Origin: a virus | Reading direction: 5' to 3' (one strand) | DNA: 64,000 nucleotides | Virus record (IMG/VR): IMGVR_UViG_3300037847_007805 | Location: 15,410-79,409 of that record | Shown: one piece after another, positions 18,978-27,600 of the stretch | Layout: each line of letters opens with the position of its first letter | Numbering within the stretch: position 1 is the stretch's first letter | The notes under the pieces: model-generated | What the model saw: the letters and a program-made list of their open reading frames with translations, nothing else | Database searches by the model: none | Told to the model about the DNA's origin: nothing | Translations under genes and position numbers: made by a program

Positions 18978-18980
18978 TAA

Positions 18981-19082
18981 ATGAAACAAAGAACTTTAAT
19001 AGGATTTTTTTTAGTTGTTGCAGGGATTGGGGGTCTATCTTATGTTTACAATCGTTACATAAAGGACGATTCTCAATCGTAG
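18981..19082 (+). CDS. 33-aa membrane protein (not in ORF track)
   Basis: MKQRTLIGFFLVVAGIGGLSYVYNRYIKDDSQS. Confidence 0.55.
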   Translation: MKQRTLIGFFLVVAGIGGLSYVYNRYIKDDSQS

Positions 19083-19097
19083 CAATGTTATTATAAT

Positions 19098-19361
19098 ATG
19101 GAAAAGTCAGCAAATCAATTATGGAGAGAAAGCGGTACTTCATTATCTTTTAAAGATTGGATTCAAAGAGAGAAAGATAAAGGTGTACAAATAAAAAACA
19201 AACTCCTTGAAAATGTTGTCGATTCGTTTAAAGAAACTGACGAACAAGACACAATAGATACAACAAGGTTTGCCTTTGGAATACCAAAATGGGTAGTTTA
19301 TACAGGTGTTTCAATTTTAACCTTTGCTGTTGTATATAAACTTTACAAAGCCAAAAAATGA
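19098..19361 (+). CDS. Small protein with C-terminal anchor
   Basis: GIPKWVVYTGVSILTFAVVYKLYKAKK. Confidence 0.65.
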   Translation: MEKSANQLWRESGTSLSFKDWIQREKDKGVQIKNKLLENVVDSFKETDEQDTIDTTRFAFGIPKWVVYTGVSILTFAVVYKLYKAKK

Positions 19362-20146
19362 ATTTAAGGATTAATACCCGATATGAAGAACTATCCTTGG
19401 CTATATATGTACAAACACTTGCACCCTGCAAAATCAGGATAAAAGTTTTTGATGCAGAACAGCCTAAAACTGTTTTTACCGACAGGTATAAAACCGTAAA
19501 AGGAAAAGAGGTTTTTTATGTCAGAATGCCCTTAACTTCAAGCAAGGTAATTGTAAGCATATACAACGAAGCTGTTGGAAATAAAAGGAAAGGCGAAGAT
19601 AGTAGCTTTATTGTTACAGAGGTCAAAAAACTTCCGTTGCAAAAAAGAACAGATGTTGGCGATATAAAAGATTATACCGTTTCAGCTTTTGTAGATTTTG
19701 CACAAAGGTTTTCATTTAATGCCTCGTATTTAGACGACAATAAAACTTATCAGAGCCAAAGCGGAGAGTTTTTGATAGAGTATTTACCAAATATAGTTAG
19801 TTCAAAAACAGGGAAAAAAATGAAAACCCCTGCTCGAATTTCCAAAGTAAATGGTAGAATACAAGTATCAAAAGAAGCGTTTGACACATATACTGTACCT
19901 ATGCGTATGGCTATATTGTTACACGAATTTTCCCACTTTTATTTAAATGATAATATGGACGATGAGGTTGAAGCTGACCTTAATGGTCTTTTAATCTATT
20001 TAGGCTTGGGCTATCCAAGGATAGAAGGTTATCAGGCTTTTTTAGAGGTGTTTCAAGAAAGTCCATCACAACAGAACAGAAACCGTTATGATATTATAAA
20101 TAAATTCATAAGGGATTTTGAGAATAATAAAATGGTAATGAATTAA
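19358..20146 (+). CDS. Zincin metalloprotease (HExxH); candidate maturation protease
   Basis: ILLHEFSHF followed by DEVEAD third-ligand motif; located in the structural block. Confidence 0.7.
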   Translation: MNLRINTRYEELSLAIYVQTLAPCKIRIKVFDAEQPKTVFTDRYKTVKGKEVFYVRMPLTSSKVIVSIYNEAVGNKRKGEDSSFIVTEVKKLPLQKRTDVGDIKDYTVSAFVDFAQRFSFNASYLDDNKTYQSQSGEFLIEYLPNIVSSKTGKKMKTPARISKVNGRIQVSKEAFDTYTVPMRMAILLHEFSHFYLNDNMDDEVEADLNGLLIYLGLGYPRIEGYQAFLEVFQESPSQQNRNRYDIINKFIRDFENNKMVMN

Positions 20147-20157
20147 AAAAATTAAAC

Positions 20158-20295
20158 ATGGCAAAGAAAATGAACGCATATATGAAAGCACTACAAAAAG
20201 CAAGAAAAAGCGGTGCAAGTAGTTTTAAGTACAATGGCAAAACATACAAGAAAGCTAAGACCAAAACAGGTATGGTAATTTATAAAGCAAGATAA
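20158..20295 (+). CDS. 45-aa basic protein (not in ORF track), possible DNA-condensing core protein
   Basis: MAKKMNAYMKALQKARKSGASSFKYNGKTYKKAKTKTGMVIYKAR. Confidence 0.6.
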   Translation: MAKKMNAYMKALQKARKSGASSFKYNGKTYKKAKTKTGMVIYKAR

Positions 20296-20296
20296 A

Positions 20297-20554
20297 ATGA
20301 AAAATAGTACAATTATAACCTTGTTAGCAGGTTTAAGCCTTTTCTTGTTGTTTGAAAAATATGGTAAAAAGAAAAAAGGTTGCGGTTGCAAAGGAAAAGA
20401 GGACAGTCAAGTCGAACCTTCGGATTCTGATGATGTTGATTGTCAAGAAGCAGTCGATATGATTATGGCAGAAAGAATGAAAACAATGAAAATGTCCCAA
20501 GAGGCTTTTGCAAAAATGAGAGAAGAAGAATTAGAAAAATGTAAAAACTCATAA
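20297..20554 (+). CDS. Membrane protein with N-terminal anchor
   Basis: TM helix then KKKKGCGC. Confidence 0.6.
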   Translation: MKNSTIITLLAGLSLFLLFEKYGKKKKGCGCKGKEDSQVEPSDSDDVDCQEAVDMIMAERMKTMKMSQEAFAKMREEELEKCKNS

Positions 20555-20557
20555 ATT

Positions 20558-20998
20558 ATGTCTTTACAGTCAGTTAAAATCTTGCCAACAAAAAACAGTT
20601 CCGACCAAGAATGGCTATCGTGGTACTTAGATTTAAAAAACCTTATAGGTACTAAAAAAGCTAACAGAATTTTTACAATGCTTTGGAATAATGAAGATGG
20701 GTATAATTCTGATGCAAACTCCGTGTATTTACGAGATGAAATGGAAGGTTACGGAGTAGAGATAGCAGGTGGAGTTATTGGTGATGTAGCTGATTTCTTT
20801 TCTACTGCTAAAGGTTACTTTGGTGGATTTTTTACAGCAGGAAAATGGATTGGTATTGTATTGGCAGGTGTGGTTGTTGTTTCTGTAGGTGGATTACTAT
20901 TACAGATAGCTTTCAAACCATCAGTAAGACAAGAAGCTGTAAAAATTGGCACAGCAATAGGTACAAGAGGAATGTCTGAACTCCCCGCAAAAAAATAA
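20558..20998 (+). CDS. Membrane protein
   Basis: WIGIVLAGVVVVSVGGLLLQI TM helix. Confidence 0.6.
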   Translation: MSLQSVKILPTKNSSDQEWLSWYLDLKNLIGTKKANRIFTMLWNNEDGYNSDANSVYLRDEMEGYGVEIAGGVIGDVADFFSTAKGYFGGFFTAGKWIGIVLAGVVVVSVGGLLLQIAFKPSVRQEAVKIGTAIGTRGMSELPAKK

Positions 20999-21004
20999 TT
21001 AAGA

Positions 21005-21484
21005 ATGACGAGGCAACAAAAAATAATAGTTTATGCAAGTGTAAGTGCTTTAAGCATTGGCTATCTGTCTTATAAAGCTATTAGAAGAAATCAAATTTAT
21101 AACGAATTGATTGGTGTAATAGAAAAAACAGGTGGTGGATATAATAAGAGTAAAAATGAAAGTGCATTAAAAGGTACTCTACACCCCATAATAGAAAGTC
21201 AAAACTATGATAAGGGTATAATTATTTTACAACCTGATGAAGTAAAAAACAGAGCAGAAGCATTATTTAGTGCTATAGATGGGGCAGGAACAGATGAAGA
21301 AAAAATTGCTTCTGTTATTACGATGTTCAATGATAAATTTGCTTTATCACAGGTTGCATCTTTTTATAGAGCAAAATATAATGAAACTCTTTATGATGCA
21401 CTAAAGGGAGATTTGAATAATAGCGATTTTGAGTATTATGTAACGGAAAACATGGCAAAATTGCCTGAAGTAAGATTTGTTTAA
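21005..21484 (+). CDS. Membrane-anchored single annexin-repeat protein
   Basis: AEALFSAIDGAGTDEEKI...Y...Y.ETL.DALKGDL matches the annexin GxGTDE repeat. Confidence 0.75.
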   Translation: MTRQQKIIVYASVSALSIGYLSYKAIRRNQIYNELIGVIEKTGGGYNKSKNESALKGTLHPIIESQNYDKGIIILQPDEVKNRAEALFSAIDGAGTDEEKIASVITMFNDKFALSQVASFYRAKYNETLYDALKGDLNNSDFEYYVTENMAKLPEVRFV

Positions 21485-21494
21485 AAAAAAAGCT

Positions 21495-22007
21495 ATGAAT
21501 AAAAACACAAAAACACTTTTATATGTATTAGGCGGAGTAGTAGTTTCCGTAGTAGGAGTATTTGCTTATACGCTTTTAAAAAACAGAAAATCTGCTAATA
21601 TAACAGATTTGAATATAGACGAAGTAATAAAAGAAGAAAGCCAAAATACAGGAACGCAAAATAATGAAGTAGCGGATAATGAAGCTATATTGGGACAAGC
21701 TATTCCTTCAAGAGAAAGTTTCCCATTACAAATTGGTATGTATGGAAAAAATGTTCATGTAATGCAACAAGCCTTAAAAGAATTAGGAAATTATAGTGGA
21801 AAAATAGATGGTAAATATGGGGCATTAACAGACGAAGCGTTAGATAAAGGCGGTTCAAGGTATAATGGAAGTATGTGTGGTAATTGGCTCGTAGGGGCTT
21901 GTGAAGTAACAATGTCAGGATTTAACAGATTGATGGCTGATGCAAAAAGAGAAAAAGGGTTTGATAAAGATTTGGCATTGATAGAAGCCCAAAAAATGTA
22001 TTTGTAA
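21495..22007 (+). CDS. Membrane-anchored peptidoglycan-binding domain (PG_binding_1) protein
   Basis: FPLQIGMYGKNV..MQQAL..LG.YSGKIDGKYG.LT..AL. Confidence 0.8.
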   Translation: MNKNTKTLLYVLGGVVVSVVGVFAYTLLKNRKSANITDLNIDEVIKEESQNTGTQNNEVADNEAILGQAIPSRESFPLQIGMYGKNVHVMQQALKELGNYSGKIDGKYGALTDEALDKGGSRYNGSMCGNWLVGACEVTMSGFNRLMADAKREKGFDKDLALIEAQKMYL

Positions 22008-22026
22008 CTTATTTAAATGGTTTTAT

Positions 22027-22431
22027 ATGAGTTACAGTTCATATTTGAAAGGAAAGGCACAAGCAAATCAAGATTTAAGGAATAAATATCTTGCAACAAA
22101 GAGTTGTCCTGATGCCTTAAAAAATAGAGATGAATTACAATTTGTAGTTTCTGACCTTACAAAAAAAGCAATAAATAGTGATTATTGGCGAGGCTATTCT
22201 GATGCACACGCACAAAGGCTCAAAGATGTTTCGGCATATTACAATTTTGGTGATTGCGACAATTATTTTAATCGCTATAAGGTTGATAAGTTGGGCAAAA
22301 TAGTAGATAAAAAAAATACAAAAGCCCAAGAATTAATTAATGCACAAACCAAAAAACAAAATAGGCTTGTCTTATTTGTTGGATTTGCAGTTATGTTAGT
22401 TGGAACAATAATTATTTTAAAAAGAAAATAG
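22027..22431 (+). CDS. Helical protein with C-terminal anchor; paralog of 22434
   Basis: C..D...SDLTKK...C pattern; terminal TM plus KRK. Confidence 0.6.
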   Translation: MSYSSYLKGKAQANQDLRNKYLATKSCPDALKNRDELQFVVSDLTKKAINSDYWRGYSDAHAQRLKDVSAYYNFGDCDNYFNRYKVDKLGKIVDKKNTKAQELINAQTKKQNRLVLFVGFAVMLVGTIIILKRK

Positions 22432-22433
22432 TT

Positions 22434-22868
22434 ATGAAAAAGCTAATAGATAAAATTAAAAATATACAGCAAAATAGGTCAGATGCTGAAAATTCTGCTA
22501 CAAACATTAATAATTTAGGTATAAACAAGACAAACACCTTTACTATTTGTGCAGATTTAGACCAAAAAATTACTCGGTACGATGTGCTTATTGCAGACCT
22601 TACAAAAAAAAATGTAAAGGGTAAATCATACGGAGATTTAATAAAAAAATATAGTTCTGAAAGATTAGAACTACAAAAAAGATTTACACGATTATCGTGT
22701 TTAGAAGAAATAGAATTTCAAAAGTTAGAAGAATCTGCTGACATTTTAGACACGCAGTTTTCTCAAGCTGAAATAGATATTCTTGAGAAATCAAGAAAAG
22801 AACAAAATAAACTGTATTTCATTGGTGCAGGAGTTTTATTATTAGGTGCATATATAATTATTAGATAA
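22434..22868 (+). CDS. Helical protein with C-terminal anchor; paralog of 22027
   Basis: CADL...ADLTKK...C pattern; terminal TM. Confidence 0.6.
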   Translation: MKKLIDKIKNIQQNRSDAENSATNINNLGINKTNTFTICADLDQKITRYDVLIADLTKKNVKGKSYGDLIKKYSSERLELQKRFTRLSCLEEIEFQKLEESADILDTQFSQAEIDILEKSRKEQNKLYFIGAGVLLLGAYIIIR

Positions 22869-23080
22869 TGAAAAGAGAATATAATTATAGGGGTATTTAT
22901 GATAAAGATGAAGTCGGAAGAATAAACGACTTACTTGGTACGCAAAGAGAACTGTTTATAGAAGAAGAAAAAAAACAGCTTCCAACACAACAAAAAGTTC
23001 AAAAATACTTTTTGATTGCGATGGGAGTTTCATTAATTATTGTATTAACTAAAGTTTTATCAAATGGAAAACGCAAATAA
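22868..23080 (+). CDS. Small protein with C-terminal anchor
   Basis: YFLIAMGVSLIIVLTKVL. Confidence 0.6.
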   Translation: MKREYNYRGIYDKDEVGRINDLLGTQRELFIEEEKKQLPTQQKVQKYFLIAMGVSLIIVLTKVLSNGKRK

Positions 23081-23372
23081 CATTTTAAATCCACCTCAAA
23101 ATAATAATTGGGAAGAAAATGACAATTTCGCATCTAATACACTTGCTAAGGGCGAAGGTATCGTAAAAGACATCGTAGATGGTGCTAAAGATACTTTTAA
23201 TCTTGCTGTAGAAGAAGCAAAAACTGTAGCACCTGATGTAGTTGATGTTTTTGAAGAATCATCAGACAGGTTGAATGCAGAGCCAAGAATTATAAAGGCT
23301 GTACCTAACAACTATTTGGTTTATGGAGTTGTATTGTTAGCATCTTATATTATTGTCAAGAAGGTGCTGTAA
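23064..23372 (+). CDS. Small protein with C-terminal anchor
   Basis: YLVYGVVLLASYIIVKKVL. Confidence 0.6.
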   Translation: MENANNILNPPQNNNWEENDNFASNTLAKGEGIVKDIVDGAKDTFNLAVEEAKTVAPDVVDVFEESSDRLNAEPRIIKAVPNNYLVYGVVLLASYIIVKKVL

Positions 23373-23935
23373 TGAGAAAACTGTTTTTTTACGGTGGTAT
23401 TGGTATTATAGGTTACGCTTTTTATTCATATTTTAAAAAGCAATATAACCTTGCGGTAAACTATACCTATCGTTTAAAAGACATCAATGTCCTTGAACTA
23501 ACAAAAGAAAAAGCAACCTTAGATTGTACAGTAGAAATTAAAAATAAATCCTCTTTTCAAGTAGAAATAAGAGGCTGGGATTTAGTTTTTAAATACAAGG
23601 GTGTTGAATTTGCTGACACAAAAAGCAATGAAAGATTTGCAATACCACCTGATTCAGTATTTTCTGTAAGTGCAGTTGGAGATTTAGATTTTACTAATTA
23701 CAAAAGTGTTTTGTACCCCGCAGTTTTAGATATACTGTCAAGAAAACCGATTGACGTTCAAGTTGATGGAAAGCTATTTGTAACTTTCATGGGAATAAAT
23801 AGAACAATTAATTTTAGTGATGAAGAATTTAGATATTCAGATGATATTATTGAAGAAGTTGGTTTAGGTAAAAAATATGATAAAACTTTAGCAAAAATCC
23901 AAGATATATTCGGTAAAATTGGAGTAAAAGTTTAA
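23372..23935 (+). CDS. LEA_2/WHy-domain membrane protein
   Basis: N-terminal TM; VEIKNKSSFQVEI...FKYKGVEF...IPPDS pattern. Confidence 0.65.
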   Translation: MRKLFFYGGIGIIGYAFYSYFKKQYNLAVNYTYRLKDINVLELTKEKATLDCTVEIKNKSSFQVEIRGWDLVFKYKGVEFADTKSNERFAIPPDSVFSVSAVGDLDFTNYKSVLYPAVLDILSRKPIDVQVDGKLFVTFMGINRTINFSDEEFRYSDDIIEEVGLGKKYDKTLAKIQDIFGKIGVKV

Positions 23936-23965
23936 TTTTACAAAATAAGAAACATTTAAAAAGAC

Positions 23966-24361
23966 ATGATACAGCAGATTACGAGTAAAATTATGCTTGG
24001 TGGTATTTGTAAATATGCAAATATATATCAAGATGAAGAAAAAAATGTTCAGATAAGAGTGTCTAAAAATGGAGAAGATTCATTGAATTATGAAATGTGT
24101 CAAAATTGGCAACCAAAAGAATCGGTAACTTTTAAAGACATACTTAATAAAAAAATAGACATTCTTGGTTATGAGCAACTGTCTACTCCTTTTTTGCTTA
24201 AGTCATTAAACTTATATCAAAAAGAGTTTGAGGCAGAAAATGAAACATTGAGCATATTTCTCTTTAACAGAAATGATAAAGTGGGATTAGCTGTTTTTGA
24301 AGATAAGAAAAATTTAAAATTATTAACTCTATCAAAACATTTTGAGCAATTAGGATTATAA
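23966..24361 (+). CDS. Hypothetical protein
   Basis: 131-aa ORF in operon. Confidence 0.6.
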   Translation: MIQQITSKIMLGGICKYANIYQDEEKNVQIRVSKNGEDSLNYEMCQNWQPKESVTFKDILNKKIDILGYEQLSTPFLLKSLNLYQKEFEAENETLSIFLFNRNDKVGLAVFEDKKNLKLLTLSKHFEQLGL

Positions 24362-24640
24362 ATGGCTACTACAAGAAGAAAGACCGTGAGTGTGAGCAAC
24401 GCTGATATTAATTGGATTAAAGACCAATTACTTGAACAGCACACAGTTTTGATGAAACTTAACCAAACTATAATTGGGGATAAAGAGTACGGTCAAAAAG
24501 GTCTTGTCGAGCAAGTAAATGACCATAGAAGGTACATTCTTAAAGACCAAAATCTCAAAGCTAAATTTGTGGGCGGTACAACTGTAGTAGGTGTTGTATG
24601 GACTTTATTGCTCAAGTTTTGGGATAAAATTTTTGCTTAA
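24362..24640 (+). CDS. Coiled-coil protein with C-terminal TM
   Basis: IIGDKEYGQKGLVEQV; terminal hydrophobic helix. Confidence 0.55.
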   Translation: MATTRRKTVSVSNADINWIKDQLLEQHTVLMKLNQTIIGDKEYGQKGLVEQVNDHRRYILKDQNLKAKFVGGTTVVGVVWTLLLKFWDKIFA

Positions 24641-24643
24641 AAT

Positions 24644-27600
24644 ATGAGCATTCAGGTATCTTTAGCCAACGATATTAAAGTCGTTCAGGGCAATGGTTTA
24701 GCTATCTTTTTAGATAGTGATACAAACCTTTTAACCCTGAAAGATACTAATGGGTGTGTTCAAGCCCTCGACAGTTATATATTACAAGAGGGGATTACTG
24801 AAATTATAGCGGGTTGTTGTATAACAGGTGGTGGCACATCTGCAATAGTTACAATTAATCACGCAGACACTTCTTCATTAGATGGCGATTATGGTGCTAC
24901 AGGTTCTCAAAATGGCTGTTACATCAAATCTGTTACAGTTGATGGTCTTGGACATTTAACAGGTGTAACAAGTGCTAATTTTGATACAAGATATTTAGGA
25001 ATTTGTGCTTGTGCTTGTGATTCAGCTTCGTTAAACGCTTTAGACCCTGATTACTATTTAAACTTTTGTAATTTTTTCAATGTCCCACCATTAGGAGATA
25101 TAACTGATGTTGTTGCAGGAGATGGTTTAGGCGGTGGTGGTTGTTGTGGTTGTATTACTTTATGTAACACAGATAAAGGTTCAGACCAAGCAATTATAAA
25201 AAGAATTGCAGATAATTCTTCAACAGTATTTACAGCTTCCACCAATAATGATTTGTTTTGTATTGTTGGAACAGGGGCTATAAGCACATCTATAAGTGGA
25301 GATACTTTAACAATATCTTCTTCAACTGTTGCTAATAATTGTCAAATTGAGGTTTCGGCAGGTACAGGTTTAAGTGGTGGTGGCTGTTTTAACTTAAATC
25401 AAAGTTCTAATTGTACACTTACTATTAATAACTGCGATAGAGGTTCACAGCAAAATATATTTAAAAACATTGCTGTATCAGGACAAAATACAATTATTGC
25501 AGGTTCAAATACAGCCACATTAACTTTAGTTGAGGGTGCTAACATTGATATTACTACTTGTACTACTGATGGTTCGGTAACAATAAGCAGTACACAGTCA
25601 GCCCCAAATAATTGTCAAATACAAATTACAGGCGGAGATGGGCTTGGGGGAAGTGCAACCTTTACTTTAAATCAAGCAACAAATGGTAGTTTCTCACTTT
25701 GTAATACAGACAAAGGTTCTGACCAATGCTTTTTTCAAAACATTGCGGTTGTTGGTTCATGCACGATAACAGCAGACAGTAATGCCGACACCGTTTGTTT
25801 ATCAGCAGGAACAGGAATTACTCTAACCTCTGACAGTTCTCAAGATTTAATTACGATAGGTACTACAGCTACAGGCTGTACAGGAACAGTAACCGAAGTA
25901 TGTGTACAAAGTGGCACAACAGGTTCTGATTTTAATGTTTCGGGTAGCCCGATTACAACTTCAGGAACAATTACTTTAAACTTGCCCATAGCAAGTGCGA
26001 CCAAAACAGGTAAATTATCATGCACAGATTGGGCAACATTTAATAGTAAAACGTCATGCACAGGAACAGTAACAAGCGTAGGGTTCTGCACAGCAGAAGG
26101 GGGAACAGATGTCAATGTATCAGGAAGTCCGATAACGTCAAGCGGGGACATAACATTGAACATACCGATTGCAAGTGCAACAAAAACAGGTAAATTATCA
26201 TCAACTGATTGGAGTGATTTTGATGCAAAAGTAGATGATGTAACAGCAGGTTCAGGTATTGCGGTAAGTGGAACTGATACTATTGAAGTAACAAATACTG
26301 ACAAAGGTTCAGACCAATGTATATTTAAAACATTTGCAGTTTCAGGACAAAATGATATTGTAGCTGATTCAAATAGCGACACGCTTACTTTTGCAGGTTC
26401 AGGTATTGCAATTACAACTGATGATGCTACAGACACCATTACATTCACCGTTACTGATGCAGGTGGTACGGTTACAGAGATTTGTGGTGCAGTAGGAACA
26501 ACGGGAACAGATTTTAATGTTTCAGGAAGTCCAATCACGACAAGTGGAACTCTAACCTTTAACCTTCCTGATGCGAGTGCAACCTCAAGAGGTGCATTAA
26601 CAAGTACAGATTGGAGTACATTTAATTCTAAAACAACTTGCACGGGTACAGTAACAAGTGTCCAAATTGGTGGGGGAGAAGGAATTGTAGCCACAGGAAC
26701 TAATCCTGTTACAACAAGTGGTACTATAAATCTTGCAGTTTGCCTTAATGAATTAACAACAACAACAGATAATGATTGCGGTTGTTATTTTGCTGTAGTA
26801 GATTCTTCAGGTGTACAAAGTAAACTTTGTAAATCAAACATAAATAATTCAGGATTCAACAATGATGCGGGATATACAACCTGTACAGGAACTGTATCGA
26901 GTGTAGGATTGTCAGCAGGAACAGGAATATCTGTTTCAGGAAGCCCCGTTACGGGAAGCGGAACTATGACGGTTACAAATACTGACCGTGGTTCTTCTCA
27001 ATGCATTTTTAAATGTGTGGCTGTTTCAGGACAAACAACAATAGAAGCTGATAGCAATGCCGATACATTAACCTTTGCAGAGGGAACGGGTATTACTATA
27101 ACAACTGATGATTCAACAGATACTATTACGATTTCAAATGAAGGTGCAGACGGAACAGTTACTTGTATAAATTTTGCTACAGATGAATCGGGTACTAATG
27201 TAGGGGTGTCAGGTGTTCCGATTACAACAAGCGGAACAATAACTTTATCTATACCTGAAGCAAGTGCTACTTCTACAGGTAAACTTACTGCAACTGATTG
27301 GAGTACATTCAACTCTAAAACCACTTGTACGGGTACTGTAACAAGTGTTGGTCTTACAACGGGAACAACAGGGACAGATGTAAATGTTTCAGGAAGCCCC
27401 GTTACAGGAAGTGGTAATATAACTTTAAATATACCTACTGCAAGTGCTACAAAGAGAGGTGCATTATCCTCTACTGATTGGAGTACATTTAACTCCAAAA
27501 CTACTTGTACAGGTACAGTAACAAGCGTGGGTCTTGCTACTGATGAAACGGGAACAGACGTAGCTGTATCGGGAAGCCCTGTAACGGGAAGTGGAGATAT

